Assembly: GCF_001194135.2 (NCBI RefSeq)
Contig: NC_068982.1
Span: 33,860,833 to 33,924,832, forward strand
Length of the DNA: 64,000 nucleotides
Direction: 5' to 3'
From: Octopus bimaculoides
Taxonomy: Eukaryota
Part shown: positions 1-12,653 of the stretch, one piece after another
Numbering within the stretch: position 1 is the first letter of the stretch
Layout of the letters: each line of letters starts with the position of its first letter
Notes under the pieces: generated by a model
What the model saw: the letters and a program-made list of their open reading frames with translations, nothing else
The model's database searches: none
What the model was told of the DNA's origin: nothing
Made by a program: the position numbers and the translations under genes

Positions 1-265
1 ATAACACTTGTGACAAGTGAATAAAAGTTATATTGAAGTTCCCATATCTTATAATTTTCATCTAAATTTCCTTCAAAGCTCAGATTTTTTGGTGGCTTCA
101 GATTCATCTTATTTAAACTGATTTTATCCTCCGAAAGTATTTCACATTAAAACAGTTTGCATGTAAACTTTTCCATGCATAAACAAAGTTCAGTAAACAA
201 TTAAAATTAAAGTAGAGAATAAATATTTGTTTTTGTGTTTGCATCTTTGTTTTTCTTTCTTTTTT

Positions 266-440
266 GTGATCATGATTTTAGATAAAGCATTACAATTATC
301 TTCTGCAGAATTTAAAAGTTTTGCCAAAGCATGAGACTTTCACCATATCACATCCAGTCCATTATTTTCCCAATCAAATGGTCAAGCAAAGACTACAGTG
401 AAAGCCATGAAAATACTAATAAAAATATGTTACAAAGTGT
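266..440 (+). mobile_element. Degenerate Ty3/Gypsy integrase core fragment
   Basis: The frame from 281 reads DKALQLSSAEFKSFAKA*DFHHITSSPLFSQSNGQAKTTVKAMKILIK. This matches the integrase pattern SDNGPQF.S.EF..F...W.F.HITSSP..PQSNGQAE..V, with Trp mutated to TGA. It is absent from the ORF track because of the stop. Confidence 0.75.
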
Positions 441-1223
441 GTTGGTGATCCAGTGAATTCGCTCAGTACTCTAAATCCCAACACCTTGATAGTCAGGCTG
501 CTGCAGGAAAACTAACTTGTAATCAATGTGAAATGATTTGTGAGTCCCTTGCAGGCCTTGAGTCATATAAGCCATCATTTGCAACATGGAAACCAAATGA
601 TAGGTAGTTCTTAAAATTAAATGGGTTTAAGAAGTGGTCTTACTTGGTTACAAGTTGACTTCCGCTATGTATGTCTTCTGTGTAGCCCTGTCTAATGAAT
701 TCCACTCATACGCAAGGTATTGTTTATCCAGAGTGTATGGTAGAAGACATTTGCCAAAAGTGCTGCATGATGGAACTGAACCTAGAACAATGTGGATGTG
801 AAACAGATTTCTTAACCGGATATGCCAGCACCTGTTTGCATGTAAATATCTGTTACATTTTATATTGGATTAAATATTGGAAGCAGAAAACTAGGATTTT
901 GGAAATCCTATTTTCTTGGATTATCTCAGATAAAAATGCAAATCTCATTTGCACATGAGTAGAAGGAAGAAAGAGATGGAAAGAGAAAGAATAGAACAAA
1001 GTAAAAAGAGAGGGAGAAGGAAAGAAAGAAGCTAGATAGAGAATATTAATATTACTGTAAAGAAATAAGAGACATTTTCAAGGTTTCCATTTATAAAGCT
1101 AAATATCTAAATCTGAATAGCTTTGTTTCACATGTCATATTGAATGCAATGCTAATTGGCAAATTCAGCCAGATTAGCAAAATGCTTAAGTTGACCAACG
1201 TTAGTAGGAACATTTAATGTCCC

Positions 1224-1254
<31 letters not shown>

Positions 1255-1274
1255 TGCATGCATGCATACATACA

Positions 1275-1320
<46 letters not shown>

Positions 1321-1501
1321 NNNNNNNNNNNNNNNNNNNNNNNNNNNNNNNNNNNNNNNNNNNNNNNNNNNNNNNNNNNNNNNNNNNNNNNNNNNNNNNN
1401 NNNNNNNNNNNNNNNNNNNNNNNNNNNNNNNNNNNNNNNNNNNNNNNNNNNNNNNNNNNNNNNNNNNNNNNNNNNNNNNNNNNNNNNNNNNNNNNNNNNN
1501 N

Positions 1502-1619
1502 GGTTCAGTCCCACTGCGTGGCACCTTGGGCAAGTGTCTTCTACTATAGCCTCGGGCCGACCAAAGCCTTGTGAGTGGATTTGGAAGACGGAAACTGAAA
1601 GAAGCTCGTCGTATATATG

Positions 1620-1650
<31 letters not shown>

Positions 1651-1850
1651 TTATATGTGTCTGTGTTTGTCCCCCCAGCATCGCTTGACAACCGATGCTG
1701 GTGTGTTTACGTCACTGTAACTTAGCAGTTCGGCAAAAGAGGCCAATAGAATAAGTACTAGGCTTCCAAAGAATAAGTCCTGGGGTCGATTTGCTCGACT
1801 AAAGGCGGTGCTCCAGCATGGCCGCAGTCAAATGACTGAAACAAGTAAAA
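1502..1850 (+). mobile_element. tRNA-derived SINE, family A (5' part lost in gap)
   Basis: Same sequence as the full copy at 23681-24075: GGTTCAGTCCC B box, ggcaccttgggcaagtgtcttctactatagcc, internal (TA)n, and 3' end atgactgaaacaagtaaaaga. Confidence 0.85.
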
Positions 1851-2235
1851 GAGTAAAGTGTAAGAGTATATACTGAGAAAGAGGAGAGAGAAAGCTGCAG
1901 GCATAGCTGGGTGATTAAGAAGCTCACTTTGCAACTGCATAGTTTTATACTCAGTCCCACTGTACAGTAACTTGAGCAAGAATCTCTTACTATTGCTTAC
2001 CAATACTTTGCGTATGAATTTGGTAAATGGAAACTATGGTTTGAAGGGCATTAGGCTGCTATTTCTAGTAATGAAGCAACCATGTAGAGATTCTCTTGAT
2101 GCAAATTTTAGTTCACTGCAGAGATAATATAGAATGCATATTTAGCTAACAGTCATTATATTGTAAACACATTCGATAATTATTGATGTTTAATTGCTCT
2201 CTAATACTGTGCATTTGGATGTATAACATTTATAT

Positions 2236-2600
2236 TTTTGATGGCACCTGTGCCCAGCATCGCCTTCCTGGCACTTGTGCAGGTGGTACGTGTAGAGACA
2301 TTCGAGCGAGATCGTTGCCAGTGCTGCTGGACTGGCTCATGTGCAGGTGGCACGTAAAATACACCATTTTGAGCATGGCCGTTGCCAGTACCGCCTGACT
2401 GGCCTTTGTGCCGGTGGCATGTAAAAGCACCCACTACATTCTCGGAGTGGTTGGCGTTAGGAAGGGCATCCAGCTGTAGAAACTCTGCCAAATCAGATTG
2501 GAGCCTGGTGTAGCCATCTGGTTCACCAGTCCTCAGTCAAATCGTCCAACCCATGCTAGCATGGAAAGCGGACGTTAAATGATAATGATGATGATGATGA
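2236..2600 (+). mobile_element. Repeat family B, probable LINE 3' UTR-derived element ending in (GAT)n
   Basis: Near-identical to the opposite-orientation copies at 26123-26345, 50043-50384 and 10437-10580. Contains ggttggcgttaggaagggcatccagctgtagaaa and a (GAT)n tail. More diverged copies lie near 5275-5505, 22640-22860, 47030-47170, 51600-51750, 51940-52250 and 62480-62715. Confidence 0.75.
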
Positions 2601-4598
2601 ATCTGAAGAGGTGATAAAATAATCATACTCCTTTAGAGTCTTTCTAGATTGGATGTTATAAACGAGAGGAATGGGATCAGTATGATTAATACTGATTTCA
2701 AATTTCGGCAAAAAGCCAGCAATTTTGGAGGAGGGGCCAAGCCAATTACCCTCCCCCCCCGTGCTCAACTTGGTGCTTATTTTATTGACCATGAAAGGAT
2801 GAAAGACAAAGATGACCTCAGTGATATTTGAACTCAGAATGTTAAGACAGCCCAGCATGCTAATGATTCTATTCACTTGTCACTTCAGTATGATTAATAT
2901 TAAATTTTATCTGATACAGGTTAATGATTGAGAGAATAAACAGCAAGAGAGCTCTGGATGAATTAAAACTTAGTAAATGATGGATGGGTGGATACTGATT
3001 GAATAAATTGCTTGATACAAAATCTTAGCAGTGTTGGAAAGAGGAGAACCAGAAACATTAGGTGGGCCTGGGTAGGTGTGAGATCAAAGAAATTGAAGTA
3101 AATAGCAGTCAACAAAATTGCATAGACAAGATAGACAAGACATAGTTGTCCAAATGGTAATAGACAGCAAAGACGGGTGGTGGGGTCTTGTTAAATTTCT
3201 TCTAACCACTCGAAGTCTTTCAAATTTTCATCAATTTTCAAAAAATGTAGCCCTGACGTAGTTTTGCATGCAAATGAAGAAAACTGCATTCAGTCCCTAC
3301 CCCCAACTCCCATAATAAAGAAGCTACAAACAGTTAAAGGCATGTAATTTTAGCCAGTGATTTGCCTATCAACTAACCTTTGTTATTTTGTACAATCTTT
3401 AACGTACATGTATGTATGTACGCGCGCGCGCGCACGCGTTTGCTTTCTTTATCTGATTAGAGTTAGTTTATTTTGATTGATCAGCTCCTTGATGGTAAGA
3501 TAAAATGATTTTTGTTTTTGAAAAGGTGGTGGGTGTAATTCTTTTTGCCATCGTTTGTGCAACCATTCACCTTGAACATTTTAACTAAAAATAAATGATT
3601 TTTAATAGCGGTTTAAAATTAGTCAAGGATCAGAAGTATATCACTGAATAATTGGCTTCAGATTTCGGCACAAGGCCCCTCGTGGGAGGGGGAAGTCGAA
3701 TACATTGACCCCAGTGTTCAGTTCAATTGGTGCTTATTTTATCGACTCCAAAAGGCTGAACAACAAAGTTGACCTCAGTGGAATTTGAACTCAGAACATA
3801 AAAATGGATGAAATGCTGCTAAGCATTTTGCCTGGCATGCTAATGATTCTGCCAGCTCGGCTATATCACTAAATATTAAACAATCACATATAAGTTTGTG
3901 TATGTATGAACATACTCTTGTGTGCATACATGTATGATGGTGTATTTCTCTCTGTCCGTGTGCTACTCTCTCTCTCTCTTTCTTTCTCTCTCTTTCTTTC
4001 TCTCTATCTCTTTCCCTCTTTCTCTCTTCCCCCCCCCTCTCTCTCATAATACATTAACACACATGCAACCTCTTTTTTCTATTATGTCATCACCATCATT
4101 GCTCTCACATTTAAGTACATTTTATGATTTGACTAATGGCCCAACTGGTTTAGTTTAACCCAAATGAGTGAACCCAAACAATCTTTTACCCACTCACTCT
4201 CATTTGTCCAGTCAACTGTTCCAATCGATTGAATTGATTGATGGACATTCAAGCACTGACGTATGTTTTCACAGCTTACGTTGCTTAGTTACAAGCAGAA
4301 AGGAGCAGAGACAAAATGATATTTTACACTAACTTGTCGCTTTATAGTACGCTGCTATTGTTTTATGATTGCAAAACTGTTATAAGTGAAATATTAGATA
4401 AACTGTTACGTAAATTACGTTGGCAAGAGGTTAAGACAATGTCTGAACAATGATGTAAATTTATATTTCAGATTTATATTTATGAGCCAATATACACACG
4501 CATACACACTTACACACACACGCCCACACAGACTTATACACATGCACACATTCACAAACACGCATGTGTGCGTGTGTGTAAGTCTGTGTGTGTTTGTA

Positions 4599-5129
4599 CA
4601 GTGGAACCTCTGTTTATGAACATCTCTCATCACAGACAAATCTGTTTACGAACAATTTTTCAAGCTGGCTGACACGTTAGCACGCCGGGCGAAATGCTTA
4701 CCGGTATTTCGTCTGCCTTTACGTTCTTAGTTCACATTCCGCCGAGGTCGACTTCGCTTTTCATCCTTTCGTGGTCGATTAAATAAGTACCAGTTACGTA
4801 CTGGGTCGATGTAATCGACTTAATCCCTTTGTCTGCCCTTGTTTGTCCCCTCTATGCTTAGCCCCCTGTGAGCAATAAAGAAATAAATTTTTCGAACATA
4901 AAATGTCTTGGGTGATGAACGTTGTCCCAAGTAACGAACGTACAAACCTGCAACAATGGTTGATAGCAAACTAGGAGTATGAGCGTGAAAGCGTCAATTG
5001 CTTACTGCACACCCCTGCTCGAATTCTCTGTGGTCCCTCTTGAATTTTCGATGGGAAAAATAGCTTCAGTTTTCGAACATATCAGTTGACAGCGTTCAGG
5101 AGTGAATTCAGTTTGTGAACCAATGGTCC

Positions 5130-5133
<4 letters not shown>
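4599..5133. mobile_element. Tigger/pogo-like MITE carrying a nested SINE
   Basis: Imperfect terminal inverted repeats ta-CAGTGGAACCTCTGTTTATGAAC ... GTTTGTGAACCAATGGTCCACTG, interrupted by a SINE at 4662-4885. Confidence 0.65.
4662..4885 (+). mobile_element. tRNA-derived SINE, family C, with 8-bp TSD
   Basis: Homologous to the - strand copy at 24577-24808. Flanked by the direct repeat AATTTTTC at 4654-4661 and 4886-4893. Confidence 0.8.
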
Positions 5134-5167
<34 letters not shown>

Positions 5168-6118
5168 CGCACGCGCTTGTATGTACTTTTATTAAAACTG
5201 AAAAAATGTTCACTAAGTGTTACTCAGTTTCACATTACCACTCCCTCTGGTGGCGTAAAGCACAAGTGACGGTATCACATAGAAGTGCCTGTACGGTGCC
5301 AAGTAAAAGTGCCTGGATGACGCCATGTAAAAACACTAGCACACTCTGTAAAGTGGTTGATATTAGGAAGGGCATCCAGCCATAGAAACCATACCAAATC
5401 AGACTGGGGTCTGGTGCAGCTCCCCAGCTTGCTGTTGTGCATGCTGGTCAAAGCGTCCAACCCATGCCAGCATGGACAACAGACGTTAAATGATGATGAT
5501 GATGATACACACACACACACACACACACATTCACAAGTACATATCAAACATTGAGGCGTGGTTGTCAAAATTTCTGTTTATAACCAACCGATTAGTATTA
5601 ATATTAATAGATTTTTATTTTCTGTTGCACATAACAGCGCACATATGTAATCCTTTTATATGTTCAGACTCAAAATTAGCTTAAAAGGTTGCATTAATTA
5701 GAGACAAGTCTACTTATATTGTGCAACAATTTTGCAGTAGTATTAATTGTTGAAGTATCATTAATTACTGCAGTAGCATTAATTAATGATTGGATGGTAA
5801 TACAAGTTTTTTGTATCATGCATTGAAAATTAGGCTTTTGTGTCAGTGGTGTTTGAGTAAAAAGATTATTTTTGACTCTTAATCATCATTTGTATGAATA
5901 TAAATGGTATAACTTACTCTAAAAGTGTGCAAACATGATTTCTTAAGAATTCATTATTGGTTTGTCAACAGCTTCTCGTTATTGTAATAGCTTATGATGA
6001 ATCATTGTCATCATTACCATCATCACTACCACCACTACTATCATCATCTGCAGCATTACAGTAATTACAATTATGCTGAATATGGTCATTGTTTTCTTTC
6101 TTTCAAATAATAATAATA

Positions 6119-6490
6119 ACAATTCCAGCAGATGACAACGTTTCCCTAAAAGAAATGGAGAAACTTTCAAAATACAAAGACTTGGAAATAGAGGTAACTC
6201 GAATGTGGAATCTAAAAACAGAAACAATTCCTATCATAGTAGGCACCTTAGGTATAATAAAAAGATATTCAGACAAATACATAACAAAAACACCAGGACT
6301 TACAAACATACATAACATACAGAAAATTGCACTACTGGGTACTGCACACATCCTACGCAAAACACTTTCAATACAGCAACCATAAGAGCATTGCAGCAAA
6401 CCACAGCACATACCTAAGGCACAAAGAGCTGCGCTCAGTAGTGAAGTGAAAGCACGTTATAAAAATGAAACTACTGAATGATAATAATAA
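6119..6490 (+). mobile_element. 3' end of an RLE-type non-LTR retrotransposon (5' truncated)
   Basis: Reads DDNVSLKEMEKLSKYKDLEIEVTRMWNLKTETIPIIVGTLG...IQKIALLGTAHILRKTLS. This is the K..KY restriction-like endonuclease C-terminus, followed by a short 3' UTR and a (TAA)n tail. Confidence 0.8.
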
Positions 6491-6700
6491 ATACCCTGAT
6501 GCAGTACCAGGCAGTGGCTCTCATGGCTTTTGATCTTAACTGATTAGAAGTGTTATCATGTACATTGTTTTGTCTTGGTATAAAAAGATGGACTACAGCA
6601 AATATTCTGCTCAATACCACAGATTTGTCTGTCATTTGTTTGACCTTAACCGGTTGAGCATGTCCCTCAGTGGCTGACAATATGTGCATCTCTAATCCCC
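6491..6700 (-). mobile_element. SINE-like repeat (second copy near 21765-21880)
   Basis: The segment gcaaatattctgctcaataccacagattt...gaccttaacc..ttgagcatg..c.tagtggctgaca.tat.tgcatctct is shared between the two loci. Confidence 0.55.
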
Positions 6701-7770
6701 ATCATCCTCACCACCACAGCCAATTCCACCCACACCACTGTCACCACTTTCACCATCATTATAATTGTAAAGAATTTGTTTTTCCTCCCATACTAATATG
6801 AGTTAATTCTTATTTGATTATTTTATGTTGCAGCCATTGACCAATACCATCATTGGCTACAAGTATCCAACAAACCAATCACTGGTTCATGACATTTCTG
6901 GCAGCAAGTTCAATGAGGGATTCCATTTGTGTAACTTTGTGTGAAATAAATGCCATTTTGGTGTTTTCTCACTTCTGATTATGTCTTTCATTGATATGCA
7001 TCAGGAAAATGACACACAGACACACATGGTGGGAGTCAACTCATACTTGAGTGGTAAATTTCTTGGATTTTACCACAAAAGTCAATATGGATGTTCTTAT
7101 TCACCATGATCGACAGTATTGCAAATACAGTAACTTAACTATCCACTTAACCACCTGAGCTGTTTCCAGAAGAAAATACTGAGCCCAAGTACACATACCA
7201 TCTCTCCACCCATGGATATGCCACAAAAGAAAGGCAAGTTGATATGTTCACAGTATCCATGGAGCTGTAAGGGATGCTAGATAAAAAAAAAACTGGTACT
7301 CCATTGGCTACAACAACAAGGATTCCAGTTGATCTAATCAACAGAACAGCCTGCTTGGGAAATTAATGTGCAAGTGGCTGAACACTCCACAGATATGCAT
7401 ACCCTTAACATAGTTCTCAGGGAGATTCAGCATGGCATAGAATGTCACAAAGCTGACCTTTTGAAATACAGATGCTACTCGTTTTTGTCAGCTGAATGGA
7501 CTGGAGCAACATAAAATAAAGTCCCTTGCTCAAAGACGCAACACACTGCAGGATAAACTGGGATTTTCAGTAGAGATATCGACCGGCTGAATAGTAGATT
7601 ATAAGTGCAATTTGTGAGTGGAATAGTAAAAATATGCAAGACTTATCTCAAGTTCCAAATATGAATTTGTCTCTGTTAACTACATCCCAAAGATGGAGCC
7701 TTGTATCTTTGTTGGAAACCAGCTCCCTTCTCAGTGGAAGATTTATAATAACTAAAAAATAGAAGAGACA

Positions 7771-7801
<31 letters not shown>

Positions 7802-7827
7802 CATACCTACATACCTACATACATACA

Positions 7828-7858
<31 letters not shown>

Positions 7859-8494
7859 GTGCATACAGAATTACCCTGTTGATGTCTAAATTCTAGTGAA
7901 AGAGTTTTTCTTTTTAGGTTAGAACTAGTTCTGTCTGCCATATACCTACTGGATATGATTAATCAATACAGTAGTAACATCATTAATTAGTTAGAGATAA
8001 GAAATTCTTTTTTTAATTAGGTGCAAAGGACAATATGTGAGTATAGCAAACCAAATTAACCAGTAGTGACAAATATATCACTGGTATTAGTTTTATTGAT
8101 CACAAAGAACTGAATGGCATTAATCAAATAAATCTAACTTATTGAACCAGACACCATAAAGCATTTCTGCTATCCTTTGAAATGTATCTATCAACTACAA
8201 ATTCTCAATTAATAATAAATTAACTAAGTGTGAAATAGCATTAAATATACATCAGTCAACCATGAGATCTTAGGTTTCATACATAAGGTTGATATTATAA
8301 GGTTGATAGCCAACAAATATGAGTCTTTTCTCACATTAAATTTCATTCTTTTTAAAAGAATTTTTTCAATAAATTCCAATTTTTAAATGGAAACTGAAAT
8401 GTTTTTCCATATAGGTGAAGGATGGTAAGAAATTAGCTTTCAAACAGAGCCTAAGTCTCTGTTCATATCTTTGAACAGAGCCTTAAGCCCATTT

Positions 8495-9010
8495 CAAATG
8501 GCTATGTGAAGCTGCTGGAAACTGTGATCAACCCCTGGCTGGAGATGGTTGCTGCTGGAAGGCCATATACGTGACAGCAGGATTTGGATCCTTCTGATAC
8601 CTCCAGGAAAAGTCAGAAGTGGTTGTTGGAGAATTTGCACAACTTTACCAGCCCCAATTTCAAGTCTCATAAGTTACCTTGATTGTAATCGCATGGATTA
8701 TTATGTGTGGGTCACAGCTGAGAAAGACATCAATCATTCTGCCTACAACACCAAGGCTGAGCTGGTGGCTGAGATGAAGGAGATGTTCAAAACTTTTCCC
8801 AGGGACACAGTGAGGAATGCATGCGCCAGGTTCCAGAGCCATCTTGATGCCATGGAGGAAGCTGAGGGTGGCTACTTTGAGTAAACTGTTATCTCCCAGT
8901 CATAATCTAGTTGATATTTAAAAATTTTTTTTAAATACTTTATTTTTGGATGGAATATTGTGTTTTCTTTTCCTTTTATGCAAATTTATCAAATTTATCC
9001 TGAACACTCT
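8495..9010 (+). mobile_element. Tc1/mariner (maT/DD37D-like) transposase 3' fragment, decayed
   Basis: Reads KLLETVINPWLEMVAAGRPYT*QQD ... MDYYVWVTAEKDINHSAYNTKAELVAEMKEMFKTFPRDTVRNACARFQSHLDAMEEAEGGYFE*. Its 3' UTR is shared with the copy at 28785-29254. Confidence 0.8.
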
Positions 9011-9403
9011 TTATATATACATATACATGACAGGCTTCTTTCAGTTTCTATCAACAAATCATTCACAAGACTTTGGTCAGCCCAGGTCTATAGTAGAAGA
9101 CATTTGGCCACAGTGTCATGCTGTGGGAATGAACCTGGAACCATGTGGTTGGAGAGCAAACTTCTTACCACACTTCCACACCTACATGAGAAAACATTTC
9201 AGTGTTCATTTAAAAACTGGAAATTATCTTATAATAAATCTGCTTGTTCCTCCATTACTTAGTCCGTCTGTAACGTTTCCATGTGATTAGTTGAAGGGGG
9301 AGTGGAGAGAGGTGGTGATGGTGGTGGGTGAAATGTGTAATTTTGTTTTTGAACTAAGTTTTGTTCCTCCAATACATAGCTTCCAATATATAGTTATGTG
9401 TAC

Positions 9404-9451
<48 letters not shown>

Positions 9452-9804
9452 NNNNNNNNNNNNNNNNNNNNNNNNNNNNNNNNNNNNNNNNNNNNNNNNN
9501 NNNNNNNNNNNNNNNNNNNNNNNNNNNNNNNNNNNNNNNNNNNNNNNNNNNNNNNNNNNNNNNNNNNNNNNNNNNNNNNNNNNNNNNNNNNNNNNNNNNN
9601 NNNNNNNNNNNNNNNNNNNNNNNNNNNNNNNNNNNNNNNNNNNNNNNNNNNNNNNNNNNNNNNNNNNNNNNNNNNNNNNNNNNNNNNNNNNNNNNNNNNN
9701 NNNNNNNNNNNNNNNNNNNNNNNNNNNNNNNNNNNNNNNNNNNNNNNNNNNNNNNNNNNNNNNNNNNNNNNNNNNNNNNNNNNNNNNNNNNNNNNNNNNN
9801 NNNN

Positions 9805-9844
<40 letters not shown>

Positions 9845-11140
9845 TATACATGTGTGTGTATATGCAAGTATCTGTGTCTTTGTGCTTGTGTTTTCCCCTT
9901 TCACTATCTTTTGGCAACCAGTGTTAGTTTGTTTACATCACCATTATTTAGTGGTCTAGCAAAAAGAGATTCATAGAATAAGTACCAGTTTTGAAAAAAA
10001 CAATGACTGCTGAAGTCAATTCATTTGACTGAGATCCTTCAAGGCAGCACTCCAGCATTCACATAGTCCAATGACTGAAACAAGTGAATGATAGAAAAAC
10101 AGGGAAATGAATATTTCTGTTCTTACTTGCATGTTACTAAAGGGGATATAAAAACAGAGATTTCAAATGTATTTGAACACCATGCCTCTATCAAGACCAC
10201 AATGGTTAAGTGTGATTCAAGACATGGCACAACACAACCAATATTTCACCAAAATTGGATATTTATTGAAAAGCAAAAGTTTTTATTCTTTTAATGCAGA
10301 ATTTAATATACTCTTTAAAATATTTCCACTATAGAATAAGAGATATTGATCATATTAGCAGTCTTAGCAGGCTTCAATTAACTGATTGATTTTGCCAATA
10401 TTTTATAATGCTGGGAAAGAACAATATATATATATATCATCATCATCATCATCGTTTAACGTCCGCTTTCCATGCTAGCATGGGTTGGACGATTTGACTG
10501 AGGACTGGTGAACCAGGTGGCTACACCAGGCTCCAATCTGATTTGGCAGAGTTTCTACAGCTGGATGCCCTTACTAACGCCATATATATATATATATATA
10601 TATATATANNNNNNNNNNNNNNNNNNNNNNNNNNNNNNNNNNNNNNNNNNNNNNNNNNNNNNNNNNNNNNNNNNNNNNNNNNNNNNNNNNNNNNNNNNNN
10701 NNNNNNNNNNNNNNNNNNNNNNNNNNNNNNNNNNNNNNNNNNNNNNNNNNNNNNNNNNNNNNNNNNNNNNNNNNNNNNNNNNNNNNNNNNNNNNNNNNNN
10801 NNNNNNNNNNNNNNNNNNNNNNNNNNNNNNNNNNNNNNNNNNNNNNNNNNNNNNNNNNNNNNNNNNNNNNNNNNNNNNNNNNNNNNNNNNNNNNNNNNNN
10901 NNNNNNNNNNNNNNNNNNNNNNNNNNNNNNNNNNNNNNNNNNNNNNNNNNNNNNNNNNNNNNNNNNNNNNNNNNNNNNNNNNNNNNNNNNNNNNNNNNNN
11001 NNNNNNNNNNNNNNNNNNNNNNNNNNNNNNNNNNNNNNNNNNNNNNNNNNNNNNNNNNNTATATATATATATATATTTAATATGAGCACACACACATTAT
11101 CTCTCTCAAACACATACACACACACTTGCATATACATATA

Positions 11141-11600
11141 CAGGGTGCGGATGGTATTTGAGAACAGATTTATGGTTTAAAAAAAAAACGCTTATATAAT
11201 AACAGGAAAAAAACTGTATTTTTATAAAAAGAACATAAACATAAAGCTAAATTATCAATTTAATAATTTCACTCAATAAAACCACCATAAGCATCAATAA
11301 CTACTTCTACGCGGGGTCGAAATCGTTTACAAACTCAGATTAAGAGGTCCTTGTTCATATCGGACATGACTCAAACCATGATGGTTTTCAAAGAATCTTT
11401 GGTGCTATGGGGGTGTTCATTGACTCTTTTCTCATCGATGCTCCATACATAATAGTTTAGTGGATTCAGATCTGGGGAATTAGGAGACCAAATGTTGGGG
11501 ATGATGTGATCATGCAAATTGTCAGCCACCATTCTTGTGTCATTTGAGCTTTGTGTGATGGTGCAGAATCTTGTTAAAAGACATAAGGTCTTCCATTGCA
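11141..11600 (-). mobile_element. Tc1/mariner transposase fragment with one terminal repeat
   Basis: TA|CAGGGTG terminus at 11139-11147. The - frame reads WSPNSPDLNPLNYYVWSIDEKRVNEHPHSTKDSLK, containing the SPDLNP motif. Confidence 0.75.
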
Positions 11601-12515
11601 AATGGGTTAAAGATTCACTACAACTGTTTCGGACGCATTTCTTATTGATGACTAGTTCGAGTGCATCATGAAAAGAAAAAAAAAACATTTGCATCAGGTG
11701 ATTAAATATTTGGTTTGGAAATCTAATCAAACTATTTATCAATAAAAAATGCATCTGAATCACCTGTAGTGAACCTTTAACCCATTCCATTCACGTTCGA
11801 TCTGGGGCTTGCATTGGATTATGAACCTGTGTGTCTGTGTGCATGGGCATATATTTGCATGTATATGTGTAGTTATGCGTGTATGTACATTAATGTATGG
11901 ATATATTCATGTATGCACTTGTATGTGTGGATGTATGTGCATGTGGTATATACATATATGTGCTGAACTCATCCCTTTCCTGGCGTTCTAAATGTTAAAA
12001 TATCTTGATTCAAATGAATCCTGCAATTAATTAATAATAATAATATGTATGTATGTATGTATGTATGTATGTGTGTATGTATATATGACAAGCTTCTTTC
12101 AGTTTCCGTCTACCATATCCATTCACAAGGCTTTGGTCAGCCAAGGGCCATAGTAAAAGACACTTGCCCAAGATGCCATGCAATGGAACTGAACCTGGAA
12201 TCTTGGGGTTGGGAAACAAACTTCTTACCACACAACTACGCCTGCCCCTATATATTAAATTACTCCATTGCATTGTATCTATTTTTATATCACTTAGTCA
12301 AGAGGAAGGGTCGAACCCATGATACTTTTCAGAACTTCTGAGACTGGTAGGAGAGAAGAAGAATGTTTTCCTCAAACTAGCAATTTGCTTCAAATGTTTA
12401 CCAAAGAGTAGACTCCACTAAAGGTATCCAAGAACCAGGTAATGGGCATTGAACTTGGTAACAGATTGAGTCTACCACCCAAGAAGTTCGCAGCAGAATT
12501 TGAACTCAGATTACA

Positions 12516-12516
<1 letters not shown>

Positions 12517-12555
<39 letters not shown>

Positions 12556-12653
12556 TAGTAGTGGTGGCGGTGGTGGTGGTGGCGGCGGCGGCGGCGGTGG
12601 CGGCAGCAGCAACAGCAGCAGCAGCAGCAGTAGCAGTAGCAATAGTAGTAGTA
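12517..12653. repeat. Compound trinucleotide microsatellite (AGT)n-(GGT/GGC)n-(AGC)n-(AGT)n
   Basis: Read directly from the sequence. Confidence 0.95.
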
